Sequence record: SRR2962707_4543
Reading direction: 5' to 3' (one strand)
DNA: 34,940 nucleotides
Shown: one piece after another, positions 10,056 to 20,928 of the stretch
How positions within the stretch are numbered: position 1 is the first letter of the stretch
Layout: the number at the start of each line of letters is the position of its first letter
Program-made: the position numbers and the translations under genes
Notes under the pieces: model-generated
The model's database searches: none
Told to the model about the DNA's origin: nothing
What the model saw: the letters and a program-made list of their open reading frames with translations, nothing else

Positions 10056-10832
10056 CTATGAGGGCCACAGGCCCTTTTCGATCAGAACCATTCTCAAAAG
10101 CGCCGGATCGTCCGTCATGAGGCCGTCCACGCCGAGATCGATCAAGCGTCGCATTTCTGCTTCCTCGTCGATCGTCCAGACATGCACCTGCAAGCCGAGT
10201 TCGTGTGCCTTGTCGATCAGTGCCCGGTCCACAAGCCGGATGCCGTACTGCTCGACCGGTATCTGGGCGCAGCCTTCCGCAAATCCTCCGAGAAGAAACC
10301 CCGCAGGGCCCATCAAGCTCGAAAAGCGGAGCCGTCCCGTCGAAAGCGGTCCCATGCCCGTGCAGAGCTTCGGCCCCAGCGCATCCCTGATGCCGGCCGT
10401 GCGGCGGCCCGAAAATGCGGTAACGCAAACCCGCTCCACGGCGCCCGCATCCCGCAACAGACGGATTAGCGGCGCGGCAGCGTTGTCGCGTTTCGGATCG
10501 ATGTTGATCCGGGTCTCCGGCCATGTCGAAAGAAGCTCCGCCATCAGCGGAATGGGCTCCGAGCCGGCGATGCGGGCCTTCTTCACCTCGGCATAGTCCA
10601 TCTCGGCGATCACGCCCTGCATGTCGGTCACACGGTCGAGCTGATCGTCGTGGAACGCGAGCAGCACGCCGTCGCGCGTCGCATGCACATCTGTCTCGAT
10701 ATAGCGGTAGCCGAGATCGACCGCGCCCTGAAAGGCGGGCATCGTGTTCTCAGGCCAGGCGCCAGCGCCGCCGCGATGCGCAAACGCCAGCAGTCCATCA
10801 TGTTCGAGATAGGAATATTTCGCCGGGCGCAT
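10056..10832 (-). CDS. Glycerophosphodiester phosphodiesterase family protein
   Basis: AHRGG, PENT..AF, ETDVH.TRDG....HD, VHVWTID, GVDGLMTD. Confidence 0.92.
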   Translation of the reverse strand: MRPAKYSYLEHDGLLAFAHRGGAGAWPENTMPAFQGAVDLGYRYIETDVHATRDGVLLAFHDDQLDRVTDMQGVIAEMDYAEVKKARIAGSEPIPLMAELLSTWPETRINIDPKRDNAAAPLIRLLRDAGAVERVCVTAFSGRRTAGIRDALGPKLCTGMGPLSTGRLRFSSLMGPAGFLLGGFAEGCAQIPVEQYGIRLVDRALIDKAHELGLQVHVWTIDEEAEMRRLIDLGVDGLMTDDPALLRMVLIEKGLWPS

Positions 10833-10855
10833 CCGCCTCGCCTGCCGATCTTCTT

Positions 10856-12145
10856 CTAGTTTTCGAGTGCGCTGGTATTCACGCTCCCGTCGCGATCATA
10901 CACATCGTCGCGGAACTGCGCGACGCCGGAGGCGTCCACCCAGGCGGTCAGATAGGTGATGTAGATCGGCACCGGCATGCCAAGCGTTGCGTTCCGGTAC
11001 TGCCCGGATGCAACGGAGGCTTCCACCCGCGATGCGTTCCACTCCGCGCTGTCGCCCTGCATCAGCCAGGTAACGAGGCCGCGCACATCCTGCACGCGCA
11101 CACAGCCCGAACTGAAATTGCGCTCCTGCCGCCCGAACAGCGTCTTGGTCGGGGTATCGTGAAGGAAGATCGCATCATTGTTCGGGAAGTTGATCTTCAG
11201 CGATCCGAGCGAATTCCACGGCCCCGGATCCTGCCGCAAATAATAGGCTTCGTTGATACGTGGATTGGACCAGTCGATCTGCGCCGCGTCGAGTTCGCGG
11301 ATATTGTCGCCCCAGCCCTGCATGACGCGAATGCCCTGCCGCTTCAGATAGCCGGGATTGGCGCGAACCTTCGGCAGCATGTCCGCCATCGCGATGGACT
11401 TCGGCACGTACCAATAGGGATTGAATGTCACAGACGTGATTTGGCTCGTGATCTCCGGCGTCTGCCGCGTCTGCTTGCCGACGATGACGCGCTCGTGGAA
11501 CTCCACCACACCGTTGTTCACCGCCTCGACTTCCTGTCCCGCGATATTGACGAAGACATAGCGTCCCTCCAGCGAGGGTACGACTTTCGCGATACGGCGA
11601 AGATTGATCTCGAGCTGCCTGATGCGTGTCTGCACCGGCACATTCATCGCGGCAATCGTCCGCCGCCCCACGATCCCGTCCGGCTCCAGTCCATTGCGCA
11701 CCTGGAAGCGGTTCACCGCATCGGCAACTTCCTGGTCGTAGAGATAGGCGTCGCCCGGCGCGGCGCCCATGTCGCCCGTCGCAACGAGCCGCTCGCGGAC
11801 CTGCGCCACGCGGGCGTCGCGCACGCCGAGTTCGAGACGTTCGCCCGATGCGATATAGCCCCAGCCGCCCCAGCTCGCGATTTCGCGATATTTCAGGATC
11901 GCCTGACCGAGCGGCACCATCGCCGCATCGCTCAGCGTCGGAACGGTCGCAACCCGCAGCGGAGCATCGCTCTCCACCGCCTGTGTCGCGCCCGACGCCG
12001 CCCAGGGATCGACCCAGTGCGTCTGGTCCTGTCCGTAATGCGTGGCCGTCTCCGCGCGTGCAGGCGTCACGCCCGCAACCGCGCCGAAAAGCACAACCTG
12101 CAGCGCAAGCGCGGCCAAGGCCGATTTCGTGAAATTTCCGATCAC
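10856..12145 (-). CDS. ldtP: L,D-transpeptidase with peptidoglycan-binding domain (YcbB/LdtP-like)
   Basis: Signal peptide after GTG 12145 (...VTPARA), PG-binding AVNRFQVRNGLEPDGIVG, YkuD-type LHDTP...SSGCVRV; directly downstream of an LdtR-like gene. Confidence 0.88.
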   Translation of the reverse strand: MIGNFTKSALAALALQVVLFGAVAGVTPARAETATHYGQDQTHWVDPWAASGATQAVESDAPLRVATVPTLSDAAMVPLGQAILKYREIASWGGWGYIASGERLELGVRDARVAQVRERLVATGDMGAAPGDAYLYDQEVADAVNRFQVRNGLEPDGIVGRRTIAAMNVPVQTRIRQLEINLRRIAKVVPSLEGRYVFVNIAGQEVEAVNNGVVEFHERVIVGKQTRQTPEITSQITSVTFNPYWYVPKSIAMADMLPKVRANPGYLKRQGIRVMQGWGDNIRELDAAQIDWSNPRINEAYYLRQDPGPWNSLGSLKINFPNNDAIFLHDTPTKTLFGRQERNFSSGCVRVQDVRGLVTWLMQGDSAEWNASRVEASVASGQYRNATLGMPVPIYITYLTAWVDASGVAQFRDDVYDRDGSVNTSALEN

Positions 12146-12450
12146 TCTGCCCCGTCCCAATCCACCGGCAGCCCCGCCGGCACAGGCCGAACAACAGACC
12201 CATGCATCCCGTTTACCATTTCGGGACATGAACCGCACGCCGTTCTGCCTGTTATCGCAGCTTGCCATGGATTGTGTCGCATCCGGAGCCATTATCGGCA
12301 CGGTCTGACCCGGAATAGGCCAGACTTCCCGCCGTCAGTGACCAATTTGCAACTCCCGTGCTGGAGCGCGGTCCCCGGCGTCACCCGGACATGGCTTGCC
12401 GTTCCGTGCATCGTTGCGCGGTTCCGCTCCGTTCCGGGGTTAGGATGAAA

Positions 12451-12963
12451 TCAGAGCCGGTAGCGAATCTGGTCGGTCCAGAAGCGTTCGAGCTTGAACA
12501 GCGTGGCGTTCGCCTGCCGCAGTTCCTCGACCGAGATATCGCCGACCTCGCCCATCATCGCGCAATGCTTGTTGTAGACCTCGTCGATCATCGAGCAAAT
12601 CGCCCGCCCCTTTTCCGTCAGCCGCACGCGAACCGACCGGCGGTCCGAACGTGAGCGCTGGTGATGGATATAGCCCGCTTCCACCAGCTTCTTCAGGTTG
12701 TAGGAGACGTTCGAGCCGAGATAATGGCCGCGGGTCCGCAGTTCACCGGCGGTCATTTCCGAATCGCCGATATTGAACAGCAACAGCGCCTGCACGCTGT
12801 TGATCTCGGAGCAGCGGATTCGATCCAGCTCATCCTTGATGACATCGAGCAGCCGTCTGTGGAGGCGTTCCACATAGGTCAGCGTTTCGAGATAAGCTTC
12901 TTTGCGGCCCGGATCCTTCTGATCCTCAACAATTGGCTCGCTTTTGACGTTGGTCATACCCAT
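12451..12963 (-). CDS. ldtR: MarR-family regulator LdtR
   Basis: VERLHRRLLDVIKDE, QALLLFNIG..E.TAGELR.RG.YLGSNVSYNLKKLV and RFW..QI.YRL match the rhizobial LdtR pattern. Start ATG 12963 or 12957. Confidence 0.88.
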   Translation of the reverse strand: MGMTNVKSEPIVEDQKDPGRKEAYLETLTYVERLHRRLLDVIKDELDRIRCSEINSVQALLLFNIGDSEMTAGELRTRGHYLGSNVSYNLKKLVEAGYIHHQRSRSDRRSVRVRLTEKGRAICSMIDEVYNKHCAMMGEVGDISVEELRQANATLFKLERFWTDQIRYRL

Positions 12964-13100
12964 GGGTTTGGCCTTTGACTCGCACCGGTTCGCACACGCG
13001 GAACTTCCTGTCCCGTAACTGTGCACCTTATTGGGTGCGGTCCTAACGAGGGCTTAAACCCGTCGCCTTGGCGTTCAAGCTGAGGCAGATATGATTAATA

Positions 13101-13991
13101 CTATATTTCTCCGCGGATCAGGCGGATGACGCCGGAAAAGTCGATGTTCTCCTCGCCTGCCGCTTCCATCAGCGCATAGAGCTGCGCCGCCTGCGCGCCG
13201 AGCGGGATCGGAGACCGCGCCGTTTTGGAGGCATCCTGCGCAAGCCGCAGATCCTTCAGCATCATCCCCGCCGTGAAGCCCGGCTTGTAGTTCCGGTTCG
13301 CGGGCGATGCCGGAACAGGCCCCGGCACCGGGCAATAAGACGTCATCGACCAGCACTGGCCGGACGCCGTCGACGAGATGTCGAACAGCGTCTGCGCGTT
13401 GAGGCCGAGCTTCTCGCCCAGCACGAAAGCTTCCGAAACCCCGATCATCGAAATCCCGAGGATCATGTTGTTGCAGACCTTGGCGACCTGCCCGTTCCCC
13501 GCCGCGCCCGCATGGAAGATATTCTTGCCCATCTTTTCGAGAACCGGCTTCGCCTTCGCGAAGGCCTCGTCCGCGCCGCCCACCATGAAGGTCAGCGTGC
13601 CTGCTTCCGCGCCGCCGACGCCGCCGGACACCGGCGCATCGAGCATCGGCATGCCCGCCTTCTCAGCCGCCGCGATGGTCTCGCGCGCCGAAGGAATGTC
13701 GATGGTCGAACTGTCGATGAAGACCGTGCCCTTCTTCGCCGACGCGATGAGGCCGCCGTCGCCGAGATAGACGGAACGTACATGCTCGCCCGCGGGCAGC
13801 ATCGTCACGACGAACTCGACATCCGACGCCGCCTCGCTCGCGCTCGCCGCCTTCGACGCGCCCGCTTCCACAAGCCCGTCGACCGCCGCCGCCGACAGGT
13901 CGAACACCTTCAGCGCATGTCCTGCCTTCAGGAGGTTCCGCGCCATCGGCCCGCCCATATTGCCGAGCCCGATAAATCCGATTGCCGCCAT
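13101..13991 (-). CDS. mmsB: 3-hydroxyisobutyrate dehydrogenase
   Basis: FIGLGNMGGPMA, DAPVSGG, AKVCNNMILG, SGQCWS...YCPVPG, LMLKDL-like motif. Confidence 0.94.
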   Translation of the reverse strand: MAAIGFIGLGNMGGPMARNLLKAGHALKVFDLSAAAVDGLVEAGASKAASASEAASDVEFVVTMLPAGEHVRSVYLGDGGLIASAKKGTVFIDSSTIDIPSARETIAAAEKAGMPMLDAPVSGGVGGAEAGTLTFMVGGADEAFAKAKPVLEKMGKNIFHAGAAGNGQVAKVCNNMILGISMIGVSEAFVLGEKLGLNAQTLFDISSTASGQCWSMTSYCPVPGPVPASPANRNYKPGFTAGMMLKDLRLAQDASKTARSPIPLGAQAAQLYALMEAAGEENIDFSGVIRLIRGEI

Positions 13992-14035
13992 GTCTTCCTC
14001 CCTGACGACCTTCTCAGGCGAAGGTCAGTTCGCTC

Positions 14036-15076
14036 TCAACCGAAGGTTATTTCAGCGTCTCCGAGCGGCGCGAAATAGCGTTCGACCTCGCCCGCGCTCA
14101 CATCCGCAATCGCTGCAGGCTTCCATTTCGGCGCCTGGTCCTTGTCGATCACCACCGCCCGCACACCCTCGTAGAAATCATGCCCCGCCGCAAAGCGATT
14201 GATGAGCCGGAACTCAAGCCGCATGCACTCCTCAAAACCAAGCGCCGCGCCTTCGCGCACCTGCCGATAGGCAACCAGCGTCGAAATCGGTGACTTCGTT
14301 TCAATCGTATCCGCGGTCTTCACCGCCCACTCGCCGCCATCCGCGCGCAGCGAAGCAACGATCTCGCTGACGGAGCCGCGCGAAAAGTGCTGCGAAATCT
14401 CCGCCTGCATCGCGGCGAGCGGCGCAGGCCCTTCTTCTTCCGCAACTTCCGCCAGCGCCTCGCGCACCGGCGCGCCGCCGGCAAGCCGATCCTTCAGCGT
14501 TTCAATCCGCGCGGATGGCACATAGGCATCCGCGATCCCGACATAGATGGCGTCTGCCGCCTTGAGCCGCGCACCCGTCAATGCGAGATACATGCCGGTC
14601 TCGCCCGGCGCGCGGGGCAAAAAGTAAGTTCCGCCCACATCCGGGAAAAGCCCAATCCCCGTTTCCGGCATCGCGAAGGTCAGCCGCTCCGTCGCCACGC
14701 GATGCGAGCCATGCACCGACAGCCCGACGCCGCCACCCATGTTGATCCCGTCCATCAGCGCGACATAAGGCTTCGGATAGCGTTTGATATAGGTGTTGAG
14801 CTGGTATTCCTCGCGCCAGAAGTCGATGGCTGTCTTCTCGCCCGCCTGTCCCCAGTCATAAAGCGCGCGAATGTCGCCGCCCGCGCAAAACGCCTTCTCG
14901 CCCGCGCCCTCGACGATCACACACTGGACTACGTCATCCGCCGCCCATTCGCGCAGCTTCGGGTGTATGAGCCGCACCATGTCGAGCGTCAGCGCATTGA
15001 GCGCCTTCGGCCGGTTGAGCGTAATAATGCCCGCCGCACCGCGCTTCTCGAACAGGACTTCGGCTTCCTCGCTCAT
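14036..15076 (-). CDS. 3-hydroxyisobutyryl-CoA hydrolase (enoyl-CoA hydratase/isomerase family)
   Basis: LNRPKALNAL, AFCAGGDI, MGGGVG, AMPETGIGLFPDVG, DFYEGVRA..IDKD..PKW. Confidence 0.92.
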   Translation of the reverse strand: MSEEAEVLFEKRGAAGIITLNRPKALNALTLDMVRLIHPKLREWAADDVVQCVIVEGAGEKAFCAGGDIRALYDWGQAGEKTAIDFWREEYQLNTYIKRYPKPYVALMDGINMGGGVGLSVHGSHRVATERLTFAMPETGIGLFPDVGGTYFLPRAPGETGMYLALTGARLKAADAIYVGIADAYVPSARIETLKDRLAGGAPVREALAEVAEEEGPAPLAAMQAEISQHFSRGSVSEIVASLRADGGEWAVKTADTIETKSPISTLVAYRQVREGAALGFEECMRLEFRLINRFAAGHDFYEGVRAVVIDKDQAPKWKPAAIADVSAGEVERYFAPLGDAEITFG

Positions 15077-15086
15077 CGCGTCTCTC

Positions 15087-16226
15087 TCAATCCTTCAGGA
15101 ATTCACGCGCGATGATGACGCGCATGATCTCGTTCGTACCCTCGAGGATCTGGTGCACGCGCGCATCGCGCAAATGCCGCTCTAGCGGAAAATCCTTCAG
15201 GTAGCCGTAGCCGCCATGGATCTGCAGCGCATCGTTGATGACGTTGAAGCCCGCATCCGTCGCAAAGCGCTTCGCCATCGCCGCATGCATCGTCGCGTCG
15301 GGCGTCTTCGCGTCCACCTTCGCGGCCGCCTGATAGATCATCAGCTTCGCCGCTTCCAGTTCCGTCACCATATCCGCAAGCTTGAACTGCAGCGCCTGGA
15401 ACTGCGCCAGCTTCTTGCCGAACTGTTCGCGCTCGCCGACATATTCTTTCGCACGCTTCAGCGCCGCCGTCGCCGTGCCGAGCGAGCACGCGCCAATGTT
15501 GAGGCGCCCGCCGTCGAGCCCCATCATCGCGATCTTGAAGCCTTCGCCTTCTTCGCCGACCCGGTTGGCAACCGGCACACGCGCATCCTCGAAAATCACC
15601 TGCGCCGTCGGCTGGCTGTTCCAGCCCATCTTCCGCTCCGGCGCCCCGAAGGAAACGCCGGGCGTATCCTTTTCGACCACGAGGCAGGAAACGCCCTTTG
15701 CTCCCGCCTCGCCCGTGCGCACCATGCAGACATAAATGTCCGACGTGCCCGCGCCCGAGATGAAAGCCTTCGACCCGTTCAGCACATAATGGTCGCCGTC
15801 CTTCACAGCCTTCGTCTTCAGCGAGGCCGCGTCCGATCCGCTCGACGGTTCCGTGAGGCAATAGCTCGCAATGAGGTCCATCGGCGTCAGCTTCGGCAGC
15901 CATTTCTGCCGCTGCTCGTCATTGCCGAAGCGGTCGATCATCCACGACGCCATGTTGTGGATCGACATGAACGCCGCCGTCGACGTGCAGCCCTCGGAAA
16001 GCGCCTCGAAGATCAACGCTGCATCGAGCCGCGTCAGCGCCGACCCGCCCACATCCTCACGCACATAAATACCGGCAAAGCCGAGCGCGGCCGCCTTGCG
16101 CATCGTCTCCACCGGAAAGAAGGCGTTGCGGTCCCAGTCCGCGGCATAAGGCGCGAGCTCCTCCGCCGCGAAGTTTCGCGCAACGTCCTGGAATGCGTGC
16201 TGCTCTTCGCTAAGCTCGAAGCGCAT
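15087..16226 (-). CDS. Isobutyryl-CoA dehydrogenase (acyl-CoA dehydrogenase)
   Basis: [57 protein letters not shown]; operon with HIB-CoA hydrolase and mmsB. Confidence 0.92.
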   Translation of the reverse strand: MRFELSEEQHAFQDVARNFAAEELAPYAADWDRNAFFPVETMRKAAALGFAGIYVREDVGGSALTRLDAALIFEALSEGCTSTAAFMSIHNMASWMIDRFGNDEQRQKWLPKLTPMDLIASYCLTEPSSGSDAASLKTKAVKDGDHYVLNGSKAFISGAGTSDIYVCMVRTGEAGAKGVSCLVVEKDTPGVSFGAPERKMGWNSQPTAQVIFEDARVPVANRVGEEGEGFKIAMMGLDGGRLNIGACSLGTATAALKRAKEYVGEREQFGKKLAQFQALQFKLADMVTELEAAKLMIYQAAAKVDAKTPDATMHAAMAKRFATDAGFNVINDALQIHGGYGYLKDFPLERHLRDARVHQILEGTNEIMRVIIAREFLKD

Positions 16227-16265
16227 GGAAATGCTCCTCCCGGAATGCTTGGCACCTTTTCAGCG

Positions 16266-16294
16266 GTGATACTGGCCGCCCGTTAACCTGTCAA
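16266..16294 (-). promoter_or_regulatory. Sigma70-type promoter for the acyl-CoA dehydrogenase-mmsB operon
   Basis: Minus strand reads TTGACA-N17-TATCAC, 40 nt upstream of the ATG, which has a GGAGGAG RBS. Confidence 0.6.
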
Positions 16295-16377
16295 CGAAGC
16301 GGCCCGCTGCGGGAAGGCTAACGCTGCGGCACTGCGGCAAGCCGCTGGATTGCGCCCTTTCTTCCCAGGCGCTATGA

Positions 16378-17849
<1,472 letters not shown>

Positions 17850-17886
17850 CTCCGTAACCCGTTCCCGGTTTGTCTCAATAATTTAC

Positions 17887-17915
17887 ATGTTATCGACGTT
17901 AACATCGACGTCAAC
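17887..17915 (-). promoter_or_regulatory. Promoter/operator of the TetR gene: TTGACG-N16-TAACAT overlapped by palindromes and a 12-bp tandem repeat
   Basis: ATGTTA-N7-TAACAT inverted repeat at 17887-17905; ATCGACGTTAAC/ATCGACGTCAAC direct repeat at 17892-17915. Confidence 0.55.
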
Positions 17916-17998
17916 CTTAATTTGAGAACGCTCCGTGAACGGACAAAATCGTTCTGGACCAAAAACGATTCAACTGAAACTCACCGGAATAAGGCGCG

Positions 17999-19147
17999 TC
18001 AGAAAACGAACTCCTCGTGCATTCCGTCGATGCGCACGATGGTATCCGTCACAAACCCGTTGAACCCGGTCTGCATCCCGATTGAATAAGCGCCCATCAG
18101 GCCGAATTCGATCCAGTCCCCCGCCCCGATATCTTCAGGCAGGTGGAAAGGCAGCTTCAGCACATCGAGGCTGTCGCAGGTCGGTCCGAAAATGCGGAAC
18201 GGCCGGCTCTCGCCGCCGACCGGACCGGAGCGCGATATTGCCCGGACCGGCGGATCGAGATCGCCATCCCGGATTTCGGAAAGACATCCATAGATGCCGT
18301 CATTGATGTAAAGGTCGTCGCCCTTCCTGAGATGCACCTGCGTCAACACCGAACAACCATCGGCGACAAGCGCGCGCCCCGGCTCCGCCAGCAGCGGCAC
18401 CTCAATGCCGAGATCGTCCCGCGTCTTGGCGATGACCTCGAAAAAATCCCTGAGCGGCGGCACATTCATCTTGTAGATCGCCGGGAAGCCGCCCCCTACA
18501 TCGAGATATTCAAGCGGCACACTGGCCTTGTCCGCGACCTTCATCGCAAGCTCCATCGCCACCTGGAAAGCGTCGGGGTCGAGACACTGACTGCCGACAT
18601 GGAAGGCAAGCGCCGCGCGGCAGCCGCGCTTCTGCACCTCCTTCAAAAGCGCCGCCGCCTCGTCGGGCGGCGCACCGAACTTTGCCGAAAGATCGTAAAC
18701 CGCCCTCCCCTTCGGGGTCGCGATCCGCACCTCGATGGTGATGTCTGTGCCTGCAATCGAGATCACCTTGTCGAGTTCGTCCAGGTGATCGACCACATAG
18801 TCGGTAAGCCCGTAGACATCCGCCGCCGCCTCGAGCGCACCCCGCCCCTTCACCGGATGGTTGAAGTAGCATTGCGCATCCGGCATCAGCTCCGACACTT
18901 TCGCGATCTCGGAAATCGACGCCGTGTCGAAATGCTGGATGCCGCCCTCGGCAAGCGCCTTCAGCACGTAAGGGTGCGGATTGCATTTCGTGGCATAGAG
19001 AACCTTGCCGGGAAACCCCTCGACGAAAGCCTTTGCCCGCGCGCGCAGAATGTCGGGAAAGACGCAGAACACCGGATAGGACGGGTCGAGACGCTGGATC
19101 ACGTCCGCGACCGAAGAGAAACGCAACTGCCGGGCGGGTGTCGTCAT
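17999..19147 (-). CDS. Fold-type III PLP-dependent ornithine/lysine decarboxylase
   Basis: YATKCNP (PLP lysine), FDTAS..E, KFG, FHVGSQ, LDVGGGFP, EPGRA, GPTCDSLD, GAYS. Confidence 0.9.
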   Translation of the reverse strand: MTTPARQLRFSSVADVIQRLDPSYPVFCVFPDILRARAKAFVEGFPGKVLYATKCNPHPYVLKALAEGGIQHFDTASISEIAKVSELMPDAQCYFNHPVKGRGALEAAADVYGLTDYVVDHLDELDKVISIAGTDITIEVRIATPKGRAVYDLSAKFGAPPDEAAALLKEVQKRGCRAALAFHVGSQCLDPDAFQVAMELAMKVADKASVPLEYLDVGGGFPAIYKMNVPPLRDFFEVIAKTRDDLGIEVPLLAEPGRALVADGCSVLTQVHLRKGDDLYINDGIYGCLSEIRDGDLDPPVRAISRSGPVGGESRPFRIFGPTCDSLDVLKLPFHLPEDIGAGDWIEFGLMGAYSIGMQTGFNGFVTDTIVRIDGMHEEFVF

Positions 19148-20013
19148 GTCTTCTCCAATCTTGCGATGAGACTCGATGTGTCCCAGCGCTGCCCGCCCAT
19201 TGCCTGCACTTCCGAATAAAACTGATCGACCGTCGCCGTCACCGGCAGGTGCGCGCCGTTCCGCTCCGCCTCGTCGAGACAGATGGCGAGGTCCTTGCGC
19301 ATCCAGTCGACCGCAAAACCGAAATCGAACTTGCCCTCTATCATCGTCTTGTAACGGTTTTCCATCTGCCAGCTCTGCGCCGCGCCTTTGGAAATCGTCT
19401 CGATCACGGCCTCGGCGTCGAGCCCTGCCTTCTTTGCAAAGTGCAGTCCCTCGGCAAGCCCTTCCACGAGCCCCGCAATGCAGATCTGGTTCACCATCTT
19501 CGTAAGCTGACCCGCGCCGGACGGCCCGAGCAGCTTCGCCATCCGTGCATAAGCGCCGATCACCGGTGCCGCCGTCGCAAATGCCGCCTCGTCGCCGCCC
19601 GCCATCACGGTCAGCACGCCATTTTCCGCGCCCGCCTGTCCCCCGGAAACCGGCGCATCGATGAACGAAATGCCGCGTGCTTTCGCGTCCTCGTATAGCT
19701 CGCGCGCAACGGCGGCCGACGCTGTCGTGTGGTCAACGAAGATCGCGCCCTTGCTCATGCCATGAAAAGCGCCGCTCTCTCCTGCCGTCACCTCGCGCAA
19801 ATCGTCGTCATTGCCGACACAGGCAAACACGATCTCCGTGCCCGCGCTCGCCTCTTTCGGCGTCGCGGCGGCGCTGCCGCCATGGGCTTTCACCCAGGCA
19901 TCCGCCTTTGCGGTTGTGCGGTTGTAAACGGTAACGTCGTGCCCGGCTTTTGCGAGATGTCCGGCCATCGGATATCCCATCACGCCGAGCCCGATGAAGC
20001 TGACTTTGCTCAT
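19144..20013 (-). CDS. NAD(P)-dependent beta-hydroxyacid dehydrogenase (3-hydroxyisobutyrate/tartronate semialdehyde reductase family)
   Basis: FIGLGVMGYPMAGHL, DAPVSGGQAGA, TKMVNQIC, DWMRKDL. Confidence 0.9.
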   Translation of the reverse strand: MSKVSFIGLGVMGYPMAGHLAKAGHDVTVYNRTTAKADAWVKAHGGSAAATPKEASAGTEIVFACVGNDDDLREVTAGESGAFHGMSKGAIFVDHTTASAAVARELYEDAKARGISFIDAPVSGGQAGAENGVLTVMAGGDEAAFATAAPVIGAYARMAKLLGPSGAGQLTKMVNQICIAGLVEGLAEGLHFAKKAGLDAEAVIETISKGAAQSWQMENRYKTMIEGKFDFGFAVDWMRKDLAICLDEAERNGAHLPVTATVDQFYSEVQAMGGQRWDTSSLIARLEKT

Positions 20014-20076
20014 GGCCTCTCCTCGCGCTTTGACGGGCCTATCTAACAGGCCTAACGCTCAGAGGGCAAAAAAGGC

Positions 20077-20928
20077 CTATTTGATTTCGCCTTCAGCGGC
20101 GATCCGGCCCGTCTTGCAGAGCTGCGAGGATTTGTTCGTGCAGGGCCCGTAATAGAGCCGCACGATGCTGCCTTCCTTCGTCATGTCGTAGCAATCGACC
20201 GTGCCGTACTGGATTTCATCGGACTTGTGGCACCAGCGATTGCCCTCGATCCACCAGGTGCCGTCGCCATCGCGGCTGCGCGTGGACGAGGTGCCGCGAT
20301 GATAGGTCTGGGAGAAATACTGGATGAGTTCCACATCCGTCGACCCGTCGGCATGAAGCTCGATGATCGTGTTGATGAGCCTGCTGCCGCCCACCAGTTC
20401 GATGCGCCCCATTTCGAGGTGAAAGGTCTTCCCAGTCATCTGCGTGCGAATCTGTCCGGCGGTGAGCGAGTTGCCCTTTTTATTGAGGATCGTCTCCTCG
20501 GCGTCGCCGCCCGCGCCGCCGGCCTGTCCGCCCTGCGTGCCGCCGCCCGCACTCGACGCCTGCTCGACCGGCTCGGGCGTCGGTTCGGGAATTTCCTCCG
20601 GCGGCGGAATCGGCTTCGCGGCCTTCCGCACCGCCGTCTGCGGCTTCGGCTCCGGCGGCTTCGGCGGTTCGGGTTTCACTTCCGGCTTCGGTTCTTCCAC
20701 CGGCTTCGGCGGCGCCGCATAGCGGTCGTTCGCCGAGCCCGCCGCAAGCTGAAACGTCACCGCCTCGCCCCCGCCCGGTCCTGGTCCGCCGAAAATCCCG
20801 CCAAATGTCAAAAACGCCGAAAGAAACAGCAGCGCGTGAAGAAGCACCGACGCGATGATGAAGTTACGTATCCGGAACTCGCGCGGTTCCGCCGCGCGGT
20901 CCTCCGGCATGGTTCCTGCCATGCTCAT
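20077..20928 (-). CDS. TonB/TolA-like energy transducer with atypical C-terminal domain
   Basis: N-terminal TM with SVLLH (Ser-X3-His) motif, Pro/Lys/Glu-rich spacer, Gly-rich hinge; coupled to the upstream exbD by an ATGA overlap. Confidence 0.75.
   Translation of the reverse strand: MSMAGTMPEDRAAEPREFRIRNFIIASVLLHALLFLSAFLTFGGIFGGPGPGGGEAVTFQLAAGSANDRYAAPPKPVEEPKPEVKPEPPKPPEPKPQTAVRKAAKPIPPPEEIPEPTPEPVEQASSAGGGTQGGQAGGAGGDAEETILNKKGNSLTAGQIRTQMTGKTFHLEMGRIELVGGSRLINTIIELHADGSTDVELIQYFSQTYHRGTSSTRSRDGDGTWWIEGNRWCHKSDEIQYGTVDCYDMTKEGSIVRLYYGPCTNKSSQLCKTGRIAAEGEIK

Noticed and set aside
10523-12448. 641-aa plus-strand ORF (and similar ones at 1942-3255, 8465-9976, 20227-21444)
   Set aside because: Arg/Pro/His-rich antisense shadows of clearly identified minus-strand genes.
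20570-20720. Repetitive CGGCTTCGG-type sequence
   Set aside because: It is the coding consequence of Pro-Lys/Pro-Glu repeats in the TonB-like linker, not a CRISPR or independent DNA repeat.
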